Shown here in pieces: positions 37,991 through 47,309 of a stretch of DNA of 64,000 bases. The notes beneath the pieces were generated by a model that saw only the letters and a program-made list of their open reading frames with translations, had not been told where the DNA came from and searched no databases. This DNA is from a virus, in the IMG/VR virus record IMGVR_UViG_3300002835_000017, one strand, 5' to 3'. The position numbers were made by a program, and so were the translations under genes. Every line of letters begins with the position of its first letter. Within the stretch, counting starts at the first letter, position 1.

Positions 37991-38942
37991 TTATCCAATT
38001 TTGTTTGTTTGTATAGAAATATAATCTTGTTGATAGTTTATGAAATTCAGCATTAACTATATCCATATCATTTTCTAAAATTTCTAAATATTTTTGATGA
38101 AATTCTCCTTTACTACTTGCTCTATATTTGTAATCAATATGTGGCATCCAATCGGTATGTATAATTGGAATTTTACCATTATCAATTGCATCAAAAATTG
38201 CGTATCCAAACGGTTCTTTAGTATAACATCCGTGAAATATTTGAAAATTACTTTCAAAAAACTTTTGATGGAACCGATAATCAAATTCTATAAATCTATG
38301 GTATTCGGAATTTATTTTAGAACCTTCCAACATTCGTTTGTAATCATATTTGTTTGAAAATATAATTGATGGAATGTAATCTAAATAATGTGCGTTTTTT
38401 CGGGTTTCACATCTAGCAGCATACCCAATTTTGTTAGATATAACTCCTGTAAATGGTTTTTTATTTTTCCATTCGTAATAATTTGTGATTGTAATAGTAT
38501 TTGGATACATTTTATGTATAGTATCAGATTCATATCCAATCCAAACTATATTATCAGAGTTATCTAATATTTCTTTTTGCCATTCCCAATCAATACGAGT
38601 CATTAGATTTTCGTACTCATCGTTTAATCCCAACATATCAGGAATAAATGCATGAACAAAGGTTGTGTGGGTTTTGTGAAGATATTTTTTGATTATAAGA
38701 TTTGGTTTGTATGAGTGGTGGAGAAAAATTATTTTATCACACTCATCTAATATCTTATCTATTTCCTCATCGTTTTGGAAAGTGTAAATTGCACCTTCTT
38801 CTGGTAACAAAGGTCTACCATCAACTACAATTTTGTAATCGTCTTTTACTAATGGTAATATATTTTCGAAAAAGTTATTACACCATAAATCAGCTCCGCC
38901 AATAACATTTTTTCCATAACCTGTTGTGATAAATACTATCAT
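37959..38942 (-). CDS. GT-B (GT4-like) glycosyltransferase
   Basis: GGADLW, RKN, EPFGYAIFDAIDNGKIPI. Confidence 0.75.
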   Translation of the reverse strand: MIVFITTGYGKNVIGGADLWCNNFFENILPLVKDDYKIVVDGRPLLPEEGAIYTFQNDEEIDKILDECDKIIFLHHSYKPNLIIKKYLHKTHTTFVHAFIPDMLGLNDEYENLMTRIDWEWQKEILDNSDNIVWIGYESDTIHKMYPNTITITNYYEWKNKKPFTGVISNKIGYAARCETRKNAHYLDYIPSIIFSNKYDYKRMLEGSKINSEYHRFIEFDYRFHQKFFESNFQIFHGCYTKEPFGYAIFDAIDNGKIPIIHTDWMPHIDYKYRASSKGEFHQKYLEILENDMDIVNAEFHKLSTRLYFYTNKQNWINEVIKYISNI

Positions 38943-39001
38943 ATAGAACCACTAATCAATAACTTATTTATTTTAAACTTATAGATGCCTACCTTATATG
39001 A

Positions 39002-39184
39002 TTATTCGGCAGATTCTACAGGAATTAAAATGTATTTTTGCGTATCACCACACTCATTTGGCTCATCGGTATAAATTTCTTGATTTGTACCAAGCCATTC
39101 CATTGCTTGTTCAATAGTTAATGATTCACATCCTTCAACTGCTGTATCTGTGCCAGATATTACTATTTTCCAAATTTGTTCCAT
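39002..39184 (-). CDS. Small acidic hypothetical protein
   Basis: 60 aa with TATTTATA motif upstream (39204-39211). Confidence 0.6.
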   Translation of the reverse strand: MEQIWKIVISGTDTAVEGCESLTIEQAMEWLGTNQEIYTDEPNECGDTQKYILIPVESAE

Positions 39185-39233
39185 AATTGTGAGGTTTATT
39201 TACTATAAATATAATATTTTTAACAAAACAGTA

Positions 39234-40331
39234 TTAGTTTAATAGTTTTTGAAATATGGTTTCCATTTCTGAATAATCATTTAAGTATTCCATCAGTTTA
39301 TATCTATTTTGTATAGATTTTTCTAAAGATTTATTATATTGTTCTTCTATTTCATTATCAGATGTATTATATAACCATTCTGAAAATAAATTTATACTTT
39401 TTTCCACATCTTCAAATGTATTTATATTTTCTATAAAATCAAAATTTAATAAATAAAATCCCATATTTTTAAGTTCATTTAATGTATCAGAACAAGCTAC
39501 CAATAATATAGGTTTACCAAAAAACAATCCTTTAAATGTTTTCTCCGTAATAAATCTTTCACTATTATTTCTATAATCTAATGTTTCAAATATTAAATTG
39601 TAATTACAATAAAGATAATCGTTTATTGCTTCAAAGTGTTTATATTTGGGATACAATAAATCGTATGCATCATTAGCAGAATCCTTTGGATTTAACATTT
39701 TTTGAATTAAAGGATTTGAATTTAATAATTCAGTTCTCCAACTTCCAGTTTTATATGCTCTTACATAAGAAAATAATTTTGATTTAGATGTATCATATTT
39801 GGGTAATGGCATATTATTTATTAACTCTTCCAAGTAATAATATCCTATATAGTATTTAAAATACCTAAATGGAAATAGTAAATCAAAATAAAAATTAGGT
39901 TCTTTTTCTAATAAAGGTCTTTTGGAACCTGAAAGTATTAAATCATATTCAATTTCTTGTATTTTTTTCACAAACTCCATCTCAAACACCTCACCATAAT
40001 GCCATATAAATACCTTTTTTATATTGGGGCAATCTATGTTTAATTGAAATATTTTATCATCAATCAATTTACTTTCTAAATTTTCTACAAATATCACACA
40101 TCTGTTAAAACTTTTAAAAAATTGATTTGATTCTTTTAAAAAATCAGTCATGCGATTGTAAAAATATATTTTACTATTTAATCCTCTATGATAATATATT
40201 TGTTTATCGGAATTGTCAAACTCTTTTGCATCAAATTCAGATAAATATTCTAAATTTTCTTTACCAAACATACCAAGCATTATTGGTATTTGATTTGAGT
40301 AATGTATAAATACTATTAGATTTTCCTTCAT
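39234..40331 (-). CDS. Putative glycosyltransferase, GT10-like motif family (paralog 4)
   Basis: YNLIFET..FITEKTFKGL..KPILL. Confidence 0.5.
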   Translation of the reverse strand: MKENLIVFIHYSNQIPIMLGMFGKENLEYLSEFDAKEFDNSDKQIYYHRGLNSKIYFYNRMTDFLKESNQFFKSFNRCVIFVENLESKLIDDKIFQLNIDCPNIKKVFIWHYGEVFEMEFVKKIQEIEYDLILSGSKRPLLEKEPNFYFDLLFPFRYFKYYIGYYYLEELINNMPLPKYDTSKSKLFSYVRAYKTGSWRTELLNSNPLIQKMLNPKDSANDAYDLLYPKYKHFEAINDYLYCNYNLIFETLDYRNNSERFITEKTFKGLFFGKPILLVACSDTLNELKNMGFYLLNFDFIENINTFEDVEKSINLFSEWLYNTSDNEIEEQYNKSLEKSIQNRYKLMEYLNDYSEMETIFQKLLN

Positions 40332-41059
40332 TATATTCCTCCGCCTCCTCCCGAATCCGCTTCAATAAAATGTACAAATATCGCTTGTACATTATTAATA
40401 TCGTTCCAAGGTATAGTTATTGTTAAATCAGAAACAGTTCCACCATCGGAAAAATAAGTATTAAAACTATTAACCGGGGTTCCATCTGGTCCGTTTCCAT
40501 TGATACTACAATTTTCTATTGTTGGAGATACACCACATTGGTCGGATATTCCTCTATATCTTCCACTAGATTTACTATTAACTACAATTTCAAAACCACT
40601 TGAATAATTATTTAGGTAATCCCAATAGATATCAAACCTACCACATCCTCCCAATCCAGTATTACCAAGAACCCCTGCTAACGAACGAGGATTGAATGAA
40701 CCACAATTGGAAACATAAATTGATGTGTAATTGTTATGAATTTTACTTCTTGGGATTTTTATTTCACCATAAGTATAAGCAAGACTGTCTACCATAAAAG
40801 CCTGAATTCCACCTGCTAATCCAATATTGGTTTCAAAATCAAAAAATAAAGAATCACCAAATCCACTTACATTTTGTGTTTGGTCATTTGAACCACCCAA
40901 AGTTAAATCAGGAATATATTGATTTTCTGCTATATTAGGCCAACGAATTTCAATTGGAAAAAACGCGTAAGGAGTTGATGAGCCAGCTAAAACGGCACCA
41001 GTGCCTGATAAGTGATTACCCAATGCTATTTTTGAAGTTGGTATTGTTATAATTGACAT
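40331..41059 (-). CDS. Putative tail-fibre-associated protein
   Basis: G/S/N-rich, directly after the tail fibre gene. Confidence 0.45.
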   Translation of the reverse strand: MSIITIPTSKIALGNHLSGTGAVLAGSSTPYAFFPIEIRWPNIAENQYIPDLTLGGSNDQTQNVSGFGDSLFFDFETNIGLAGGIQAFMVDSLAYTYGEIKIPRSKIHNNYTSIYVSNCGSFNPRSLAGVLGNTGLGGCGRFDIYWDYLNNYSSGFEIVVNSKSSGRYRGISDQCGVSPTIENCSINGNGPDGTPVNSFNTYFSDGGTVSDLTITIPWNDINNVQAIFVHFIEADSGGGGGI

Positions 41060-41060
41060 A

Positions 41061-44000
41061 CTACTTATTTAATAACTTTTTAATTGATGTTATTTCATTT
41101 TTTAATTCAGTAATTTCACCATTTTGTTCTTTTATTCCTTCAATCAATAAGGCAATTATCTTTTCGTAATCAACTCCTAAATATCCATCACCCTTTTCCT
41201 TTACAACTTCTGGTAATACTTCTTGAATTTCTTGTGCTAAAACTCCTACTTCTTGAACATTTTTTGGTTTGTTAGAAATACCGTTCCAATTAAATGTATA
41301 TCCTCCAATTTTTTTAATTTTATCCATTGGATTTGAAATAGGAATAATATTTTCTTTTAATCTCTTATCGGAACTAGCTAATGCGTAAACATCACCAGTT
41401 GCTCTTATATCACCATTTATAGTTAGAACACCACTAGATACTGAAAATTCACCAACTGATAAATTTGTTATTGAACCATTGGTTGCACTTAAAGTAGAAA
41501 ATGTACTTAATCCAGAAAAGTTTGATGAACCCTTTACGGTTAAAAAATTAGTGGCAGATAAACTTGTATCAACTTTAAATTGATTTGAACCATATAGTGA
41601 TTGTAATCCTGCTTGGCAAATTTCAACACTTCTAGGTGCACTACCAACTACGGCATTTACCCCACTAAAATTTGGAGTTTTTAAAGTAATACTTTCACCA
41701 CCAACTAAATAATTTACTCCAATTTGATGTTTTATTCTAACATTATATGTTCCACCTGAAGGTATTACTATAGAACCACCTCCAGTAGATGTTATACCTC
41801 GTTCATAATTAGGAGCATTATAAAATACATAACCCGATGCAATAAGTGCTTCGCCCACTCCCACAACTTCTAAACTTACCCAATGGTAAGTTTGAACATA
41901 AGTTGCAGTAGATATTTGCATCCAATATGAAGTACCTGCCGAATTGGAAATCATTGATGCTATCTCCGCATCTGTTATTGAAACCTCTGTTCCAGCTGCA
42001 ACAACACCCGTTGATACATTGTTTGAATAGAATGTAGTACTTGCTTCAGACTGTAAGTTTTGTCCAAAAATTGCACCATTTCTTACTACTGAATCTGTAC
42101 CACTAAAATCAGATAAAGCGGATGTAGAACTTCCTATTCTAAATGAAGTATCATCCGTCATAATTACTGCATTTCTAGAACCATCTTTTATAAAGAATCC
42201 TAAATCATTTGAGTTAATTTCTATTGTACCAGTACTCGTTTTACTTATTTTATCGGTAGAAATTGACCAACCTCCAATTGTAGCACCTAACGCGGATAAT
42301 TCACTTACTGTTATTTTATCTGCCGTTACAGAACCAGCTGCAATCTTACCCGCAGTTATGGCATTTGTAGCAATTTTATCTGCAACTATTGCGTTCGCTG
42401 CTATTTTATCGGCAATTATTGCATTCGCTGCTATTTTACCAGAAGTAACTGCATCTGTTGCAATATTTCCCGCTTGTACTGCATTAGCAGCTAATTCTGT
42501 ATTTGTTACGGTACTTAATGTTGCCAAACCACCCAATCCTGTAACTTGTCCAGTTGATACGGTGTTTTGAGTTGCCAAAGTCCCCAATCCTGTAACTTGT
42601 CCAGTTGATACGGTGTTTTGAGTTGCAAGGCCTCCTAATCCTGTAACTTGTCCAGTTGATACGGTGTTTTGAGTTGCAAGGCCTCCCAATCCACTCACCG
42701 TTCCAACTGGAACACTACTACCAACAGCTATGTTACCAACTATATTTAGAGTAGTTCCATCCCATGTTAATGAATTTGATGCAGATTTTAAAGATAACCT
42801 TCCAGTTGTTCCATTACTACCTATAAATGCACCAATTTGGTCATATCCTTTCGTTGCTTGTCCAATTGAAATAAACGGAGATGTTGTGCCACCTGCAATT
42901 GTAATATTAGCATTACCTGATGAATTTGTTCCAACATTTATTGTGTTTTGTACAAATGATTCTTTAGATATAAACATTTCAGCAGCTACAAAAAATGAAT
43001 CTGTTCCGAGTGATTGCCAAAATGTGGTTTGAGTATCCGGTTGTTTATTTAAATTTGCAGATGCATTTGTTTTTGTAGCATAATAAGTTCCACTATACAA
43101 CACCACATCTTTACGTGTTGGGTCTTGACTAACACTATTGTAAGTTGTAGTAGAATTCCAAGGACCTCTAAACACTACACCTGGCCCGTCTCCCCCAGTC
43201 GCTCCGGGTGCACCATCTGCTCCGTTCGTTCCATTGGTTCCGTTCGTTCCATTGGTTCCATTAGCCCCTGCTGCTCCAGTAGGAACTTTTGTTGCTCTAA
43301 CAATTATCGTTTGAGTTTGTCCAGTCGTACCTTCACTATCAGTATGTGTTACTGTTAATGTTACCGATGCTTCTGCTGCATTCATTACCGCAGATGTCAT
43401 TGTTAATGTTGCACTACTAACAGTTGGTGGAGTTGAGAATCCTGAAGTAGATGCAATGGTCATAGAAGTAAATCTACTAGTTGTTCCTTCTAATGCACTT
43501 ATAGTTACATTTGATAAAGTTCCAGTTTGCGTTCCTGCTGCATTAGCCAATACAGATTGCGCTTGAGGTGAAGCAGAAATTAATACCAATGGAACTGCTT
43601 TTTTAACTTTTGATAAACTTAATGTATCGGTTACAGTTCTACTTGTTCCTTCAGAATCAGTTACAATTGCACTTATATTTACAGTTGTGGAATTTATTCC
43701 ATCCGCTAAAGTTTGATTACTCAAAGTTACTACTCCAGTTGTATTATTTACTGTTAAACTCCCACCAGTATCTACTCTAGTTGCAGTTAATGTTGCTGGT
43801 AAAGTGATAGTAGAACCATTGTAAGTTTCTTTTACAACTATCGTTGAATCTAAAAATGAATCAATTTGTGCACCTGTTGATTTAGCAGTTACACTTTGGT
43901 CTTTTGGTGTTGATGATATAGCTAAAACAGGTGCTGCTTTTTTATTTTTAGTATAAGTTACGTTTTTTATAATAGAAGTTGTATCACCTGCTCCATCCTT

Positions 44001-46322
44001 ATAACTAATTGTTATATCCAATGAACCCGAATCTTGAGTAAGATTTGTAATACTGTATGAGTTTGTTGTTGGATTACTATTATTTCCACCATTTGGAGTA
44101 CATCCAATTCCACTTAAATTTGTTATAGCAAACGTATTATTTGCTCTAATACTATCATTATCATCATCAAATGAAATACTCTCATTACCCACTTTAACAG
44201 TCACCGAACCACTTGTCAATATGAATGAACCACTTGCTATAAATCCATTTGAAAGTGATGGAAGTGATGCGTTATCATTTGTGAGAGTTGCGGATAATCC
44301 ATCTAATATTTTTACAGGAGTTATTTTTATTGCATCAGAAAATTGATTACCAAATTGGTCTGAACCTGAAATGAAGTATGTAGTCTCTCCCGTTCCAAAG
44401 GAATAATCAGTTCCAGCTATTGTATAGGTATCTACGCCGTTTGTTGAGTTAGTAGATACCAATGTCAATGGTGGTTTACCACTTCCTGAATTTACAGTTA
44501 ATGGAGTTGTTGCCGATGCTAAATTCTTACGTTTAGCTTCGATTGTTATTGTTTGACCCGATGGGTTTATTGATAAATCTGTTGCTTTATAAATAAATTG
44601 ATTTGTATTAGATGTTACAAAAACACCAGGTGCATTATCACCATCTTCAAATCTGTATACAGTTTCAAATTGTTCTAATCCTTCACACGATGCAGTATAT
44701 GTAATTGAACCAACTAATACAGATGCTACACTACCAGTAAAATTTGCAATAGTTAATGTTGCACCCGCATCACTTACATTTGTTAATGTTCCAGGATAAG
44801 TTCCTGCATAGGATGCGGGTACTATATAATTACCGCCAATATCAAATGCAGATGATGCGTATGTAACTGAACCTGTTAAATTTGATTTTGAAACTTTAAA
44901 TCCTAATTGTTGAAATGCAGGATTACCAAATGAACCAGTAGAAAATCTAAATGCAGTTCTATCTGAATCAAATGTTAACAATTTAGTGGCTACTCCACTT
45001 GTCCCACCCGTAAAATTTGCACTCTGTGTTACTGCAACTGGAACAAAATTGTTATTTACATCATAAAATTCAAATTTAAAATTATAAGTTTCATTACCAA
45101 TGACTGTGGGCATTGTAGTAATAAAGGAGATTTCATCAGGTGAAAATGCCGTATCTTCGGAAAGTCTTAAACTTATATTTCCAACATGCCATTCACCTTG
45201 CGATTGTGAAAAATATAAAGAACCACTTTGAAAATCGGAATCTAATTTAAATGGAATAACCGTATCTGATAGATTTTTTGTGGGGGTTATTCCATTTAAT
45301 GTACCAATTAAAACATCACCACCATCCGAGCCACTTATGTATATTCCTAAATTACTTGCGGTAGATGATGAGTAAAACGCATCTAAATTTAACTCATACG
45401 TGTTTGATGCTTTTATGTCCAACGATTGTGAGTAAGTTAATAATCCACTTCCGTTTAATTTTAATCCACTTTCAACTCTACTAGATGTTAATTGGGCAGT
45501 TAATGAACCAGTATTCCAAAATAAAGGTAATACTTCCGATGTAAATGTTCCAGTATTTCCTATAACACTTCCTGTTAATTGGGTAGTTGTTAATAATTCT
45601 TTTGATTCTACTAATATATCTTGTATTAAATTAAAATCAGAAATATCTCCTTCAGAAGTTCTGAATACTTTTACTCGTTTTACATCACCTGCAAATGTTT
45701 CTAATTGTGAAAGTTTAATTTCTGCAAAAGATTGATTTATACCAGAATCAACCTTTGAACCACTTTCTATTCTGTATATTGGGGATAGTATTTCTGTAAT
45801 AGTAGCAGTTGGTCTACGATAAAAACGAATTTTAGTAGTATTTGCCAATGTAGGATTTACATTAACACTTCTCTGCCACTTTACATTGTAAGTACCTTGC
45901 CAATCAATTGGTATTGGTGTTAATAAACCATTACCATCATAGTATGAGCTTAATTCACCTAATATTGTAATTGTACACGGACCATACGCAGTTGTATCTG
46001 GATAAACATATACCGCTACAACTTTTGATACCCCTTCATAGTATTCACTAATAAACGATTCTCCGTTTATAGATGACGATACTATACCTTCACCAGGTTC
46101 ATGATATATAGTATTTCCTGCAGCATCTTTAATTTCAATTTTAACTAAAGTATCGGCTACTAATTCCTTTGAACCTGCTATTAAAAATGCGTTCTTACCA
46201 CCAGTAAATGCATCTGGTATTTCTGTTACATTGAAGTAGGTACTATTTGGAGCAGTATCTACTACAAATGTATTATACTTATCTAAATTTTCAGCAAAAA
46301 GCGTTTTCTTTATTACGGCCAT
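41061..46322 (-). CDS. Long tail fibre with collagen segment, repeats and C-terminal peptidase S74 intramolecular chaperone
   Basis: Gly-X-Y run; IAANAIxADK repeats; SDKRLKENI..GVLAQEIQEVLPEVV..VDYEKIIALLIEGIKE plus coiled coil. Confidence 0.88.
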   Translation of the reverse strand: MAVIKKTLFAENLDKYNTFVVDTAPNSTYFNVTEIPDAFTGGKNAFLIAGSKELVADTLVKIEIKDAAGNTIYHEPGEGIVSSSINGESFISEYYEGVSKVVAVYVYPDTTAYGPCTITILGELSSYYDGNGLLTPIPIDWQGTYNVKWQRSVNVNPTLANTTKIRFYRRPTATITEILSPIYRIESGSKVDSGINQSFAEIKLSQLETFAGDVKRVKVFRTSEGDISDFNLIQDILVESKELLTTTQLTGSVIGNTGTFTSEVLPLFWNTGSLTAQLTSSRVESGLKLNGSGLLTYSQSLDIKASNTYELNLDAFYSSSTASNLGIYISGSDGGDVLIGTLNGITPTKNLSDTVIPFKLDSDFQSGSLYFSQSQGEWHVGNISLRLSEDTAFSPDEISFITTMPTVIGNETYNFKFEFYDVNNNFVPVAVTQSANFTGGTSGVATKLLTFDSDRTAFRFSTGSFGNPAFQQLGFKVSKSNLTGSVTYASSAFDIGGNYIVPASYAGTYPGTLTNVSDAGATLTIANFTGSVASVLVGSITYTASCEGLEQFETVYRFEDGDNAPGVFVTSNTNQFIYKATDLSINPSGQTITIEAKRKNLASATTPLTVNSGSGKPPLTLVSTNSTNGVDTYTIAGTDYSFGTGETTYFISGSDQFGNQFSDAIKITPVKILDGLSATLTNDNASLPSLSNGFIASGSFILTSGSVTVKVGNESISFDDDNDSIRANNTFAITNLSGIGCTPNGGNNSNPTTNSYSITNLTQDSGSLDITISYKDGAGDTTSIIKNVTYTKNKKAAPVLAISSTPKDQSVTAKSTGAQIDSFLDSTIVVKETYNGSTITLPATLTATRVDTGGSLTVNNTTGVVTLSNQTLADGINSTTVNISAIVTDSEGTSRTVTDTLSLSKVKKAVPLVLISASPQAQSVLANAAGTQTGTLSNVTISALEGTTSRFTSMTIASTSGFSTPPTVSSATLTMTSAVMNAAEASVTLTVTHTDSEGTTGQTQTIIVRATKVPTGAAGANGTNGTNGTNGTNGADGAPGATGGDGPGVVFRGPWNSTTTYNSVSQDPTRKDVVLYSGTYYATKTNASANLNKQPDTQTTFWQSLGTDSFFVAAEMFISKESFVQNTINVGTNSSGNANITIAGGTTSPFISIGQATKGYDQIGAFIGSNGTTGRLSLKSASNSLTWDGTTLNIVGNIAVGSSVPVGTVSGLGGLATQNTVSTGQVTGLGGLATQNTVSTGQVTGLGTLATQNTVSTGQVTGLGGLATLSTVTNTELAANAVQAGNIATDAVTSGKIAANAIIADKIAANAIVADKIATNAITAGKIAAGSVTADKITVSELSALGATIGGWSISTDKISKTSTGTIEINSNDLGFFIKDGSRNAVIMTDDTSFRIGSSTSALSDFSGTDSVVRNGAIFGQNLQSEASTTFYSNNVSTGVVAAGTEVSITDAEIASMISNSAGTSYWMQISTATYVQTYHWVSLEVVGVGEALIASGYVFYNAPNYERGITSTGGGSIVIPSGGTYNVRIKHQIGVNYLVGGESITLKTPNFSGVNAVVGSAPRSVEICQAGLQSLYGSNQFKVDTSLSATNFLTVKGSSNFSGLSTFSTLSATNGSITNLSVGEFSVSSGVLTINGDIRATGDVYALASSDKRLKENIIPISNPMDKIKKIGGYTFNWNGISNKPKNVQEVGVLAQEIQEVLPEVVKEKGDGYLGVDYEKIIALLIEGIKEQNGEITELKNEITSIKKLLNK
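42520..42692 (-). repeat. 51-bp tandem repeat (GLGGLATQNTVSTGQVT, 3 copies plus partial)
   Basis: Near-identical DNA copies of aatcctgtaacttgtccagttgatacggtgttttgagttgc. Confidence 0.95.
43180..43278 (-). repeat. Collagen-like Gly-X-Y tract with (GTN)4
   Basis: GAAGANGTNGTNGTNGTNGADGAPGATGGDGPG. Confidence 0.9.
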
Positions 46323-46338
46323 TATAAAATATCTTTAC

Positions 46339-46376
46339 TATAAATATTCTTAAAAAATAAATCTAACATATTTATA
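46339..46376. promoter_or_regulatory. Back-to-back TATTTATA motifs (divergent promoters)
   Basis: TATTTATA on minus at 46339-46346 before the tail fibre, and on plus at 46369-46376 before the RHH gene. Confidence 0.7.
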
Positions 46377-46383
46377 TAAAGAA

Positions 46384-46426
46384 AACTAATAAATACTTTA
46401 TTAAACTAAAGATAACTAAAGAGTTA
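46384..46426 (+). promoter_or_regulatory. Putative operator: phased AACTAA repeats plus palindrome
   Basis: AACTAA at 46384, 46404, 46414; TAACT-aaag-AGTTA at 46413-46426. Confidence 0.5.
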
Positions 46427-46599
46427 TGAAATACGCGATGTTACAAATAAAAAAAGAAACCCACGAACTTCTCAAAAATTATTGTGAAGAACATGGGTTT
46501 AAAATGGGAAGTTTAGTAGAAAACTTAATTAAAAAACATATTGGAGTTCCTAAAATTCAAAACGGTGTGTTAAAAGCAGATAAAATTAAATCTTTCTAA
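46426..46599 (+). CDS. Ribbon-helix-helix DNA-binding protein (57 aa, not in ORF track)
   Basis: MKYAMLQIKKETHELLKNYCEEHGFKMGSLVENLIKKH: beta strand, helix, G turn, helix; own promoter motif. Confidence 0.75.
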   Translation: MKYAMLQIKKETHELLKNYCEEHGFKMGSLVENLIKKHIGVPKIQNGVLKADKIKSF

Positions 46600-47309
46600 T
46601 CTTCATGTGAGTAGAATGATACTATATTATATTTAATATCATTCTGTACTTTTTCAACTTCATGAAATAAATTTTTATCAGAATCCAATACTACAAAATT
46701 AGGAAAAATTGGATTTACTTTAATATCATTTCCATTTAAATCATGTAATATCAAATGTCCACCATTTGATTCACTCCATTCGTTATTTAAAAAATATAAA
46801 AATACACATATTCTGTTATGAGGTTTTCCATCATCATGTAATTTTATCTCACATCCATTATCGTAAAATTGTAATTTTGTATTTCCAGTAAATTTATTAA
46901 ATAATTTTTCAGGATAATATTTTCTTACAAAGTTTTTTTGAAAATCTCTTAATACTTCATTGTTTATTCTATTAGTTATTTCAGAATCCATAGAAGTACC
47001 AAATACCCAAGTTGGATAGAATCCACATTCTTCAATTTTTTTCAATTGATATTGGTGTGCTTTATTATAAACATAATCGGCAGTATCTAAATCGTTATCT
47101 CTTGCTAAATAATTATCATAAACCAATTCTTCCATATAAGATTGGTCATTATATTTAAACCAATAATCATATCTAGAATATCTTACAAAATTTGTATTAT
47201 CTATATAATTTTTTATTTGTTTAAAACCATCTAAATCAATTAGTTCGGAATAATCTTCCAACTTACCGTAAATGTATCCACTATTTCTGTAATTTTCTAT
47301 ACTTTCCAT
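46596..47309 (-). CDS. 2OG-Fe(II) oxygenase, prolyl-hydroxylase-like
   Basis: HDD, FLYFLNNEW...GGHL, FHEV. Confidence 0.85.
   Translation of the reverse strand: MESIENYRNSGYIYGKLEDYSELIDLDGFKQIKNYIDNTNFVRYSRYDYWFKYNDQSYMEELVYDNYLARDNDLDTADYVYNKAHQYQLKKIEECGFYPTWVFGTSMDSEITNRINNEVLRDFQKNFVRKYYPEKLFNKFTGNTKLQFYDNGCEIKLHDDGKPHNRICVFLYFLNNEWSESNGGHLILHDLNGNDIKVNPIFPNFVVLDSDKNLFHEVEKVQNDIKYNIVSFYSHED

Noticed and set aside
14057-40331. Bacterial capsule/LPS locus or host contamination
   Set aside because: Co-oriented and contiguous with phage genes, contains the phage promoter motif, and has no flippase, polymerase or export genes
42520-42692. Direct repeats as a possible CRISPR array
   Set aside because: Contiguous in-frame 51-bp coding repeats with no unique spacers and no cas genes
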